A stretch of DNA of 64,000 nucleotides from Macrostomum lignano (taxonomy: Eukaryota). The DNA is taken from positions 1 through 64,000 of the forward strand of contig NIVC01000967.1 in the NCBI GenBank assembly GCA_002269645.1, given 5' to 3'. Of the stretch, positions 34,501-46,316 are shown piece after piece. The notes under the pieces were generated by a model. It saw only the letters and a list, made by a program, of their open reading frames with translations. It was not told the origin of the DNA and did no database searches. Each line of letters begins with the position of its first letter. The stretch's first letter is position 1. A program made the translations under genes and the position numbers.

Positions 34501-37500
34501 GTGGCACCTACTGCTGCGCTACGAGAGATGCGTTGCCAGCCAGATGGCCGCCTGCAGGGCCCTCTGCCAGCCTTGTTTTCACAGCCGGGAGACCTGGCAG
34601 GCGCTGATGGAGGTGATAAGGGGATCGACAGTTGTAAGATCGCCCCTACCCTGAAGAATCCGCCCCTACCCTGAAGAATCCGCCCCTATCCTGAAGAATC
34701 CGCCCCTACCCCGAAGAATCCGCCCCTACCCTGAAGAATCCACCCCTATCCTGAAAAATCCGCCCTACCCTGAAGAATCCGCCCCTACCCCGAAGAATCC
34801 GCCCCTACCCTGAAGAATCCGCCCCTACCCTGAAGAATCCGCCCCTACCCTGAAGAATCCGCCCCTACCCTGAAGAATCCGCCCCTACTCTGAAGAATCC
34901 ACCCCTATCCTGAAGAATCCACCCCTATCCTGAAAAATCCGCCCCTACCCGAAGAATCCGCCCCTACCCCGAAGAATCCGCCCCTACCCTGAAGAATCCG
35001 CCCCTACCCTGAAGAATCCACCCCTATCCTGAAGAATCCGCCCCTACCCCGAAGAATCCGCCCCTACCCTGAAGAATCCACCCCTATCCTGAAAAATCCG
35101 CCCCTACCCTGAAGAATCCGCCCCTACCCCGAAGAATCCGCCCCTACCCTGAAGAATCCACCCCTATCCTGAAAAATCCGCCCCTACCCTGAAGAATCCG
35201 CCCCTACCCCGAAGAATCCGCCCCTACCCTGAAGAATCCGCCCCTACCCTGAAGAATCCGCCCCTACCCTGAAGAATCCGCCCCTACCCTGAAGAATCCG
35301 CCCCTACTCTGAAGAATCCACCCCTATCCTGAAGAATCCACCCCTATCCTGAAAAATCCGCCCCTACCCCGAAGAATCCGCCCCTACCCTGAAGAATCCG
35401 CCCCTACCCTGAAGAATCCGCCCCTACCCTGAAGAATCCACCCCTATCCTGAAGAATCCGCCCCTACCCGAAGAATCCGCCCCTACCCTGAAGAATCCAC
35501 CCCTATCCTGAAAAATCCGCCCCTACCCTGAAGAATCCGCCCCTACCCGAAGAATCCGCCCCTACCCTGAAGAATCCGCCCCTACCCTGAAGAATCCGCC
35601 CCTACCCTGAAGAATCCGCCCCTACCCTAAAGAATCCGCCCCTACTCTGAAGAATCCACCCCTATCCTGAAGAATCCACCCCTATCCTGAAAAATCCGCC
35701 CCTACCCCGAAGAATCCGCCCCTACCCTGAAGAATCCGCCCCTACCCTGAAGAATCCGCCCCTACCCTGAAGAATCCGCCCCTACCCTAAAGAATCCGCC
35801 ACTACTCTGAAGAATCCACCCCTATCCTGAAGAATCCACCCCTATCCTGAAAAATCCGCCCCTACCCCGAAGAATCCGCCCCTACCCTGAAGAATCCGCC
35901 CCTACCCTGAAGAATCCGCCCCTACCCTGAAGAATCCACCCCTATCCTGAAGAATCCGCCCCTACCCCGAAGAATCCGCACCTACCCTGAAGAATCCACC
36001 CCTATCCTGAAAAATCCGCCCCTACCCTGAAGAATCCGCCCCTACCCGAAGAATCCGCCCCTACCCTGAAGAATCCACCCCTATCCTGAAAAATCCGCCC
36101 CTACCCTGAAGAATCCGCCCCTACCCCGAAGAATCCGCCCCTACCCTGAAGAATCCACCCCTATCCTGAAAAATCCGCCCCTACCCTGAAGAATCCGCCC
36201 CTACCCCGAAGAATCCGCCCCTACCCTGAAGAATCCGCCCCTACCCTGAAGAATCCGCCCCTACCCTGAAGAATCCACCCCTATCCTGAAAAATCCGCCC
36301 CTACCCCGAAGAATCCGCCCCTACCCTGAAGAATCCGCCCCTACCCTGAAGAATCCGCCCCTACCCTGAAGAATCCACCCCTATCCTGAATAATCCGCCC
36401 CTACCCCGAAGAATCCACCCCTACCCTGAAGAATCCACCCCTATCCTGAAAAATCCGCCCCTACCCTGAAGAATCCGCCCCTACCCCGAAGAATCCGCCC
36501 CTACCCTGAAGAATCCACCCCTATCCTGAAGAATCCACACCTACCCTGAAGAATCCGCCCCTACCCTGAAGAATCCACCCCTACCCTGAAGAATCCACCC
36601 CTATTCTGAAGAATCCGCCCCTACCCCGAAGAATCCGCCCCTACCCTGAAGAATCCGCCCCTACCCTGAAGAATCCGCCCCTACCCTGAAGAATCCACCC
36701 CTATCCTGAAGAATCCGCCCCTACCCCGAAGAATCCGCCCCTACCCTGAAGAATCCACCCCTATCCTGAAGAATCCACACCTACCCTGAAGAATCCGCCC
36801 CTACCCTGAAGAATCCACCCCTACCCTGAAGAATCCACACTATACCTGCCACCAACCATCGCGGCCAGGTGGTCAGAGACGAGCGCCAGTACTATCGAGT
36901 CCGCATGCAGGCCTGCTACGCTCTGTGCATGATCAGCGGCCCGCTAGACCTGCTGGAGCCCCTCATGGCCGTCTTTCTGTCCCTGTTCGGCGCCAAGGAC
37001 ACCAGGTCGGTGACGCCGGCGAACGATTTCTCAAATCTCCAACGCTATTTCCTATTGAAAGAGGTGCCTCTGTGCATGTCGCTGCTGCACACAGCCCAGG
37101 GCGTCTGCCCGCCTGAGGTGCCCGAATTCATTCTCAATCTGTTGCGGTTCAACGACAATTCTAAGAATATCTACGCTGACGACTACTATCGGGCTGCGCT
37201 CATCGAGTCACTGTTTCGAACCGTTAGTCCTGCAGCCACTGTTACTACCGAGAATTTCCTGGCCAAGCTGCCGAAGCCTATTGCTGCGCTGCTGGAGGAG
37301 GTGTGTGGCTTGATTGGGGCCGGATGGGGCGGATGTCAGTGAGAGGGCGGTTCGAGATTGTCAGTGAGAGGGGGCGGATCGGGAATGTCAGTGAGAGGGC
37401 GGTTCGAGATTGTCAGTGAGAGGGGGCGGATCGGGAATGTCAGTGAGGGGGCGGTTCGAGATTGTCAGTGAGAGGGGGCGGATCGGGAATGTCAGTGAGG

Positions 37501-39913
37501 GGACGAATCGGGAATGTCAGTGAGAGGGGGTCGGATCGGGAATGTCAGTGCGAGGGGGCGGATCGGGAATGTCAGTGAGAGGGAGCGGATCATGCATGTC
37601 ACTGAGGGGGCGGTTCGGGAATGTCAGTGAAAGGGGGCGGATCAGGAATGTCAGTGCGAGGGGGCGGATCGGGAATGTCAGTGAGAGGGGGCGGATCATG
37701 CATGTCACTGAGGGGGCGGATCGGAAATGTCAGTGAGAGGGGGCGGATCAGGAATGTCAGTGAGAGGGGGCGGATCGGGAATGTCAGTGAGAGGGGGCGG
37801 ATCGGGAATGTCAGTGAGAGGGGGGTGGATCGAGAATGTCAGTGAGAGGGGGGCGGATTGATAATGTCAGTGAGAGGGGGCGGATCGGGAATGTCAGTAG
37901 GAGGGGGGCGGATCGGGAATGTCAGTGGGAGGGGGCGGATCGGGAATGTCAGTGGGAGGGGGCGGATCGGGAATGTCAGTGAGAGGGGGGCGGATCGGGA
38001 ATGTCAGTGAGAGGGGGGCGGATCGGGAATGTCAGTGAGGGGACGAATCGGGAATGTCAGTGAGAGGGGGCGGATCGGGCATGTCAGTGAGGGGGCGGAT
38101 CGGGAATGTCAGTGAGAGGGGGGCGGATCGGGAATGTCAGTGAGAGGGGGGCGGATCGGGAATGTCAGTGAGGGGACGAATCGGGAATGTCAGTGAGAGG
38201 GGGCGGATCGGGCATGTCAGTGAGGGGGCGGATCGGGCATGTCAGTAGATGCACCGGAGCCGGCGCCCCGACCCGCAGGTGACGCGGCACATGAACCTGG
38301 AGAAGCTGATGCCCAGCTATCGCATGGTGGTGACTGTGAAATGCCTCCGCGTGTTCCGCAAGCTGCAGCGCACCGGCTACATCCCGGCGGATATCGGCAT
38401 ATTCAAAAGCTACGCGGCTCCCGGCAACTACATTGATGTCCGTCTGGCCGCCATGGAGGCCGTGGTGAATCATATCAAGTGCGCCAAGGACGCGGCTGCG
38501 CTGGCCTGGCTGCTGGACTCTACAGTGTGCAACCCGGCTGAGGAGGCCTCTGTTCGTCACCAGGCTGTTGCTATGCTCACTATACAGCCGCCGTTTCTGC
38601 GCAGGAAGCGAGGCCAGTTGGACACGCCTGAGCTGGTTGAGCGCCTCTGGCGTCTGCTGAATACTGAGCTCAGCGCCGACTGCCGGCTCCGCTGCTCCGT
38701 TGCCAGCCTCTACCACTTGCTGTACGGCAGGCACCGGCCCAAGTACGAGCTTGTGACTCTGCTGCCAGTACTGATCTGCGAATGAGCCCCGAACCCTAGC
38801 CCTAATCCAACCCCGAGAACTGCCTTATTCTCTTCCTGAGAATCTATAATCTCACCCTGAGGATCGCTTTGATCTCAAATTAATAATTAGCCCCAATCTC
38901 ACCCTGAGAATCGCCCCAATCTCACCCTAAGAATTGCCTCAATCTCACCCTGAGAATCGCCCCAATCTCACCCTAAGAATTGCCCCAATCTCACCCTGAG
39001 AATCGCCCCAATCTCACCCTAAGAATTGCCCCAATCTCACCCCGAGAATCGTCCCAAATTCACCCTGAAAATCTTTCAAATCTTATCTTGAGAATCGAAT
39101 CAATTTCACCCTACTTGACTTGACTTAGCTGAAGGGGGCTCCGCGCGTCCGGAAACAGCGAGGAGGCGTTGCCGCCCATTTCGCTAACCCCTGGCGACCA
39201 CGGGCAGCTAGTGCTGCGGTGTCGCGCAGGGAGTTCCGGTGGTGCCGGCGTCCGCAGCGCGGTCCCCCTCCGGAGAGTCCAGGAGGTGGATGTTCGCTCG
39301 CCCAGTAGCCCTTTTCACCATAAGAACCGCCCCAGTCTCACCCTGAGAATCGGCTCAATCTCACCCTAAAAATCGCCCAAATCTCAACCTGAGAATCGCT
39401 CCAATCTAACCCCAAGCACACAGCCGAGTCATAAGTCAATCTCCCACCTGCTGCCCGCCTGCCAGGTGCACCCCGCTGCCGGAGAACTTCCTGGTGCTCA
39501 ACGTGCGCGAAGGCCGCACAAAAATCGCCCAACGAGCGCCAACGCCGACGCCGGCCCCGGCAGACACGGACGACGACAACGCCAACTTTGGCCTCACTGG
39601 CGCCGGCGTCGGCCTTGGCAGCTCCGGCGACGAGGCGGACGTCGACGACGATTTGGACATCGGGCTGGAGGATGACTACGAGTTCGCGCCGGATGAGCCG
39701 CCAATTGATGAGGCCGACTTTGTCTGGCCACCCGACTCCAGCTTCCCGGCTGCCGATGCCGCTGCACCCGCCGCTCCCGCCGTCGCCGCCGCCGCCGCTG
39801 CCGCTACGCCGGCGCTTGACGAAGAGATGCTGGACGATGGGGATCGAGATGCGGCTGAGGATGACGAAGACGAGATATTCGGCTACAGCTGGGACAACCT
39901 GCCTGACTGCTGA
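28610..39913 (+). CDS. TAF2: TFIID subunit 2 (~1144 aa); exons 28610-29005, 30788-31442, 32635-32963, 33902-34612, 36869-37300, 38279-38742, 39466-39913
   Basis: RPYNLCQQTVCIKSISFRTKSIVGYTEL, RLWLPCIDS, WRLEITV, QQFFG|CYI across a junction, LLWLRVDPEM, YYRVRMQAC, NDFSNLQRYFL, NLEKLMPSY, K|CTPLPENFLVLNV all resemble TAF2. All six introns are GT-AG with consistent phase. Confidence 0.95.
29015..30735. repeat. Minisatellite, 21-bp unit GCCATTCCTATCCCTGACAGT, filling TAF2 intron 1
   Basis: About 80 copies; explains the stop-free ORFs in several frames. Confidence 0.96.
31456..31590. repeat. (GACA)n microsatellite in TAF2 intron 2
   Basis: Visible. Confidence 0.95.
32168..32485. repeat. 30-bp minisatellite in TAF2 intron 2
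   Basis: GAGGGGATAGAGCCTCCCACTGAGGGGTCA repeated. Confidence 0.9.
32990..33855. repeat. 12-bp-based (GATTGTCGCTCA) repeat with 60-bp higher-order blocks, in TAF2 intron 3
   Basis: Lines 33181-33420 repeat with period 60. Confidence 0.93.
34640..36840. repeat. Minisatellite, 20-bp unit GAAGAATCCGCCCCTACCCT (~110 copies), in TAF2 intron 4
   Basis: Visible 2.2-kb array. Confidence 0.96.
37335..38246. repeat. G-rich minisatellite, ~27-bp unit GTCAGTGAGAGGGGGCGGATCGGGAAT, in TAF2 intron 5
   Basis: Visible array. Confidence 0.95.
38880..39410. repeat. ~23-bp minisatellite (AATCGCCCCAATCTCACCCTGAG) in TAF2 intron 6, interrupted by a retroelement fragment
   Basis: Visible array on both sides of 39111-39312. 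Confidence 0.88.
39111..39312 (-). mobile_element. 5'-truncated non-LTR retrotransposon 3' end (possibly RTE-like) with 7-bp TSD
   Basis: GC-rich 202-bp insert flanked by TTTCACC at 39104-39110 and 39313-39319; the minus strand ends in TAAGTCAAGTCAAGTAG, a microsatellite-type tail. Confidence 0.6.
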
Positions 39914-39969
39914 GCTGCTGACTCGTGGCATTTACTGGTGTGCTGTGGCAGTACTGCTGGTGTCTGGTT

Positions 39970-40680
39970 TGGACATTGTCAGTAGCTGATTTGGGGACAT
40001 TGTCAGTAGCTGATTTGGGGACATTGTCAGTAGCTGATTTGGGGACATTGTCAGTAGCTGATTTGGGGATATTGTCAGTAGCTGATTTGGGGACATTGTC
40101 AGTAGCTGATTTGGAACATTGTCAGTAGCTGATTTGGGGATATTGTCAGTAGCTGATTTGGGGACATTGTCAGTAGCTGATTTGGAACATTGTCAGTAGC
40201 TGTTTTGGGGATATTGTCAGTAGCTGATTTGGGGACATTGTCAGTAGCTGATTTGGGGACATTGTCAGTAGCTGATTTGGGGACATTGTCAGTAGCTGAT
40301 TTGGGGACATTGTCAGTAGCTGATTTGGGGATATTGTCAGTAGCTGATTTGGGGACATTGTCAGTAGCTGATTTGGGGATATTGTCAGTAGCTGATTTGG
40401 GGACATTGTCAGTAGCTGATTTGGGGATATTGTCAGTAGCTGATTTGGGGACATTGTCAGTAGCTGATTTGGGGACATTGTCAGTAGCTGATTTGGGGAC
40501 ATTGTCAGTAGCTGATTTGGGGATATTGTCAGTAGCTGATTTGGGGACATTGTCAGTAGCTGATTTGGGGACATTGCCAGTAGCTGATTTGGGGACATTG
40601 TCAGTAGCTGATTTGGGGACATTGTCAGTAGCTGATTTGGGGACATTGCCAGTAGCTGATTTGGGGACATTGTCAGTAGT
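39970..40680. repeat. Minisatellite, 24-bp unit GTCAGTAGCTGATTTGGGGACATT, after the TAF2 stop
   Basis: Visible array. Confidence 0.95.
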
Positions 40681-41349
40681 CAGAGTTGAGTGGCACTGTC
40701 AGTATCCAAATCAGCTATTTTCAGAGCATTGTCTCAGCTCAGAACAAAGCTCAAAAAGACATCAATTTATCAATAATTAGATAGTTCTCCAACTCTGTTT
40801 TGCTTATTTTGTGCCTCCGTTAGTTTCAATACCGGCATTTTGTATTACCTGCGCAAATCAGCTGTACATAATCAGCGTTTACTCAGTCTGTATAAAATAA
40901 ACTTCCTTCATCGTCAATTATGTGCTAATTAGTAAAATTTTATAATCATAAAATAACTTATCAGTGCATTTTTGTTGTTGCTAAAATTGGACTAGAGGAT
41001 GTGAGTCGCTTGCGGGGGAACAGGGATACTTGGGATAGATTTTTTTATTATTCGAGCCATTCGCAGGTGAGGACAGGTAAGGATCCGCTCCGTTGCTAAT
41101 GGCGCGATAAGCCTTGGCATTGGGAAGCCCACTTGTTGCTGGTATTTAAGCGGTTGCATATCCGCGATCGGCTGCAACCTCTGCGCTGACGTCTGTTGCT
41201 TTTTTCAGAATTGTTGTAAGGTAAGCACTGTTTATATTATGTTCATTTTCACCGGGTTGCATTGCACCAGACTATTAATTTCGCACCCATCGATAGGCCT
41301 GGTAAACTTGGGCAGAGCCAAGTGTGTTACATGTATATGCCTCATCTGT

Positions 41350-41995
41350 TAGTGCTCGCATCTGCTAATGAGCTCATCTCATTTGATGTGCTCGCATCTG
41401 CTAATGAGCTCATCTCATTTGATGTGCTCGCATCTGCTAATGAGCTCATCTGTGAGTGCTCGAATCTGCTAATGAGCTCATCTCATTTGATGTGCTCGCA
41501 TCTGCTAATGAGCTCATCTGTGAGTGCTCGAATCTGCTAATGAGCTCATCTCATTTGATGTGCTCGCATCTGCTAATGAGCTCATCTGTTAGTGCTCGCA
41601 TCTGCTAATGAGCTCATCTATTAGTGCTCGCATCTGCTAATGAGCTCATCTATTAGTGCTCGCATCTGCTAATGAGCTCATCTCATTTGATGTGCTCGCA
41701 TCTGCTAATGAGCTCATCTCATTTGATGTGCTCGCATCTGCTAATGAGCTCATCTCATTTGATGTGCTCGCATCTGCTAATGAGCTCATCTCATTTGATG
41801 TGCTCGCATCTGCTAATGAGCTCATCTCATTTGATGTGCTCGCATCTGCTAATGAGCTCATCTCATTTGATGTGCTCGCATCTGCTAATGAGCTCATCTC
41901 ATTTGATGTGCTCGCATCTGCTAATGAGCTCATCTCATTTGATGTGCTCGCATCTGCTAATGAGCTCATCTCATTTGATGTGCTCGCATCTGCTA
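41350..41995. repeat. Minisatellite, 36-bp unit GTGCTCGCATCTGCTAATGAGCTCATCTCATTTGAT, upstream of the GPCR
   Basis: Visible array; ends a few nt before a candidate AG at 42001-42002. Confidence 0.95.
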
Positions 41996-42056
41996 TCGGC
42001 AGCGCTTAAGGAGCTTTCCTGCAATCAATTCCCCGTCCCCGAACGCAGGCCCGACC

Positions 42057-44102
42057 ATGAGCTCGGAGCAGCGGAGCTCGCACTGGTACCAGTTCTGGCA
42101 CCCGATCGACTGCAACTCCACAGCCCGCTGGGAGCCGCTCCGCGAGCCGTCCTTTCTCGCATTCCTCTGCGCCGCCGACGCCGCCCAGTGCCTGCTGTGC
42201 CTGCTCAGCCTGCTGCTCAACTCTCTGTCCTACCTGGCCCTCGGCCGGGACGGCAGCGACAGCACCTTGGCGATGCAGCTGCGCTCCCTGGCCGTGACCG
42301 ACGTCATCTACGTGCTGGCCAACACCATCGACAACTTCTGCCACACTCTGGAGACCCTGCCGGCCCCGGCTGGGGACTCCCGCCTGTTCCTGCTGCCGAT
42401 TTTCGGGCACCCCATTGTCTGGGGCATCCGGGTGGCCTTCATCACCCTGCACAACTGGCTGATGCTCTTCATGGCCGCCGTCCGCTTCGCCAAGATCCGC
42501 TGGCCACTGCGCGCCAACCTCTGGTTCAGCCGGCGCCGCACCCGCAACTGGATGGGCGCCATCTGGATTGTTGCCATGGCAACTAGCCTAGTGCGCGGCC
42601 TCGAGGTGACCAGCGTGCTGGCCGACTGTCCGGACGGGTTCAACCGGATGGCCGTCGTCGCTTCGCGCATCTTCCCGGCGTACACCATGGCGGTGAACTT
42701 CGGCCTGCAGACGGTCACGCCAGTGGTGGCGGTCATGGTTGTCAACGTGCTGCTGCTGCGGACGGTGCGCCGGTCCAACAACTTCCAGCGCGACGCTGCT
42801 GGCGGCGGCAGCAGTCCGAATTCGACCATCGCCGTCAGCACTGTCAGCATGGCCAGCAGCGGTGGAGCCGGCCAGCTGGCTGCCAGCAGCAGCGACGTGA
42901 GCGGGAAGAAGCCGGCGGCGCAGAAGCAGGAGAAGCAGTTCCGCCAGCTGACCCGGATGGTCACCCTGCTGATGTACATGTACCTCATCTGCCAGACTCC
43001 CATGGTGCTCTACGGATTGTGAGTTCTTTTGCTGTGTGAGCGACCTTAAGTGTGTGTGATGTACCGATCCCAGGTGTGTTTGATGTACCGATCCCAGGTG
43101 TATTTGATGTACCGATCCCAGGTGTGTTTGATGTACCGATCCCAGGTGTGTTTGATGTACCGATCCCAGGTGTGTTTGATGTACCGATCCCAGGTGTGTT
43201 TGATGTACCGATCCCAGGTGTGTTTGATGTACCGATCCCAGGTGTGTTTGATGTACCGATCCCAGGTGTATTTGATGTACCGATCCCAGATGTGTTTGAT
43301 AAACCGATCCCAGGTGTTTTTGATGTACCGATCCCAGGTGTATTTGATGTACCGATCCCAGGTGTGTTTGATGTACCGATCCCAGGTGTATTTGATGTAC
43401 CGATCCCAGATGTGTTTGATAAACCGATCCCAGGTGTTTTTGATGTACCGATCCCAGGTGTTTTTGAGCGTACCGATCCCAGATGTGTTTGATAAACCGA
43501 TCCCAGGTGTTTTTGATGTACCGATCCCAGGTGTGTTTGGTAAACCGATCCCAGGTGTTTTTGATGTACCGATCCCAGGTGTGTTTGATGTACCGATCCC
43601 AGGTGTATTTGATGTACCGATCCCAGGTGTGTTTGATGTACCGATCCCAGGTGTGTTTGATGTACCGATCCCAGGTGTATTTGATGTACCGATCCCAGGT
43701 GTATTTGATGTACCGATCCCAGGTGTGTTTGATTTACCGATCCCAGGTGTGTTTGATGTACCGATCCCAGGTGTGATTTCATGTGTACCGGTTCCACCTG
43801 TGTTTGATGTGCCAAAGATGTTTGAAATGTACAACCCCAGTCGCCCCCATTGCAGCGTGGTGTCCTTCAAGATTCCCACCAACCTGTACATCATCATGAC
43901 TCTGGTCGGCAACGTGATCTCATCCATGGACGGCACCTGCAATTTCTTTATCTACGTGGTGACAAATCCGAAGTTCAAGCGGGAGGTGCGCCAAATCCTG
44001 GGCCTGGCCACCATGAATGCCACCGGGAAGGTCGGCCAGTCCGGGATCTCCATGGAGGCTGTCGGGGTGGCCAAGCAGCAACAGCAGCAGAACCGGCTTT
44101 GA
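42057..44102 (+). CDS. Orphan class A (rhodopsin-like, peptide-receptor type) GPCR; exons 42057-43018 and ~43818-44102 (junction phase unresolved)
   Basis: Seven hydrophobic segments: LLSLLLNSLSYLAL, LRSLAVTDVIYVL, WLMLFMAAVRFAKIRWPL, WMGAIWIV, LQTVTPVVAVMVVNVLL, LTRMVTLLMYMYLICQTP, CNFFIYVVTNPKFKREV. Confidence 0.88.
43056..43775. repeat. Minisatellite, 24-bp unit GATGTACCGATCCCAGGTGTGTTT, in the GPCR intron
   Basis: About 30 copies. Confidence 0.95.
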
Positions 44103-44417
44103 GAAGGGCCCCAGGTTTCAGCTGAGATATACGGCCTGACAGACTTAATAGTCTAGCAACTGTCTGTAGTGTCTCTTTGTTAGCACTCTGTTAGCACTTG
44201 TTGGTGATATCAGTTGTTTTACTCCACATTGTTGCTTTTTATAACTTTTCCTGTACCCCACTCGGTTTACTGTTCCAAGTTTAGTCAGTCACTTTGTTGC
44301 CTGATATCTGCACTGCACATCTCTGAGCTGCCTCTGGTCATTTTCCCTCTTGCTTCGATTTTATTGTGCCCTCCGCCCTCTCCTAACCTCTCACCATCTA
44401 GCTAGCTCTTGTACCCT

Positions 44418-44995
44418 CTGGCCCTTTCACCCTCTGACCCTTTCACCCTCTGACCCTTTCACCCTCTGACCCTTTCACCCTCTGACCCTTTCACCCTCTG
44501 ACCCTTTCACCCTCTGACCCTTTCACCCTCTGACCCTTTCACCCTCTGACCCTTTCACCCTCTGACCCTTTCACCCTCTGACCCTTTCACCCTCTGACCC
44601 TTTCACCCTCTGACCCTTTCACCCTCTGACCCTTTCACCCTCTGACCCTTTCACCCTCTGACCCTTTCACCCTCTGGCCCTTTCACCCTCTGACCCTTTC
44701 ACCCTCTGGCCCTTTCACCCTCTGACCCTTTCACCCTCTGGCCCTTTCACCCTCTGACCCTTTCACCCTCTGGCCCTTTCACCCTCTGGCCCTTTCACCC
44801 TCTGGCCCTTTCACCCTCTGGCCCTTCCACCCTCTGGCCCTTCCACCCTCTGGCCCTTCCACCCTCTGGCGCTTTCACCCTCTGGCCCTTTCACCCTCTG
44901 ACCCTTTCACCCTCTGACGCTTTCACCCTCTGACCCTTTCACCCTCTGACCCTTTCACCCTCTGGCCCTTTCACCCTCTGACCCTTTCACCTTTT
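44418..44995. repeat. 16-bp unit repeat ACCCTCTGACCCTTTC
   Basis: Visible array. Confidence 0.95.
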
Positions 44996-45723
44996 CACAA
45001 TTGATGTCAGGAGTTACAGAAAAATTTGCATACAAGCCGTGTAATCGCACAGTCATTAAGCTTGTTGATTGGTTGCGTAAACTGAACCTTACACACCGCT
45101 CTCGTTATCCTTGTTACCTGTTAGCTAAGCATAATTACATACATTGAAAAAATAATTCTTGTATTGCTCCCTAGCCGATGACACTGCACTCGGCCATAGA
45201 CAATAAAGTCAATCCAAGCTGCAGTCTCCCACAGACTTACTGCAGGCCAAGCCAGCTGTTGAAGGCTCTGCTCTCCTATTAAAAGACGAATAAAGTAGAG
45301 AATTTCAAATTGATTTATTTAATGGAATTTTTTATCAGCTTGGTTTGGTAACTTAACGCATATACGAAACTTATAAATTGCAAGTTCATTTTACGTTTAA
45401 ACCTAAAGTAATTAGCTGCACAACTGAAAATATCGTGATTAGGCTAATTAGAAGTTTTTTTTTAATTAACTTTCCTGCCCAAGAAATTGTTCGACACGCG
45501 ATGTAGGGCTTATTATAAATCAGGCCCCAGTCGCTGGGGGGATTATAGAAAAGAATTTGGTTTCCCAAGTGCATTCGAAGCAAGGCAAATGGCTTCTGAA
45601 TGGCCATGTGGAATTTTAGGATTTGCCTGAGTACCGCAGCGCAACACCATGTTCTGTATTACAAATAATACAAACTCCACTTACGTCAAAAAGGCTCGTA
45701 TAATGGTCCGCTCATTTTTCGGG

Positions 45724-46316
45724 AATGGGCTTGTCTATGGCCACACTCAAGTATCACTGGACCATTATCTGGAAAATGGGCTTGCTGTCAGGACCATTAT
45801 ATAGATAATGGGCTTGTCTATGGCCACACTCAAGTATCACTGGACCATTATCTTGAAAATGGGCTTGCTGTCAGGACCATTATATAGATAATGGGCTTGT
45901 CTATGGCCACACTCAAGTATCACTGGACCATTATCTGGAAAATGGGCTTGCTGTCAGGACCATTATATAGATAATGGGCTTGTCTATGGCCACACTCAAG
46001 TATCACTGGACCATTATCTGGAAAATGGGCTTGCTGTCAGGACCATTATATAGATAATGGGCTTGTCTATGGCCACACTCAAGTATCACTGGACCATTAT
46101 CTGGAAAATGGGCTTGCTGTCAGGACCATTATATAGATAATGGGCTTGTCTATGGCCACACTCAAGTATCACTGGACCATTATCTGGAAAATGGGCTTGC
46201 TGTCAGGACCATTATATAGATAATGGGCTTGTCTATGGCCACACTCAAGTATCACTGGACCATTATCTGGAAAATGGGCTTGCTGTCAGGACCATTATAT
46301 AGATAATGGGCTTGTT
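45724..46316. repeat. 83-bp minisatellite (~7 copies) built from two related subunits
   Basis: CTTGCTG recurs at 45781 and 45864; both halves run AATGGGCTTG...GGACCATTAT. Confidence 0.93.

Noticed and set aside
42308-43003. 231-aa antisense ORF over the GPCR, and similar antisense or alternate-frame ORFs over TAF2, XYLT, FLCN and ADAP1 exons
   Set aside because: Shadow ORFs expected from GC-rich codon usage, with no independent motifs.
45000-45290. Short + strand frames, one ending ..QLLKALLSY-stop (SOCS-box-like)
   Set aside because: The resemblance is limited to a few residues and there is no upstream gene body to attach it to.
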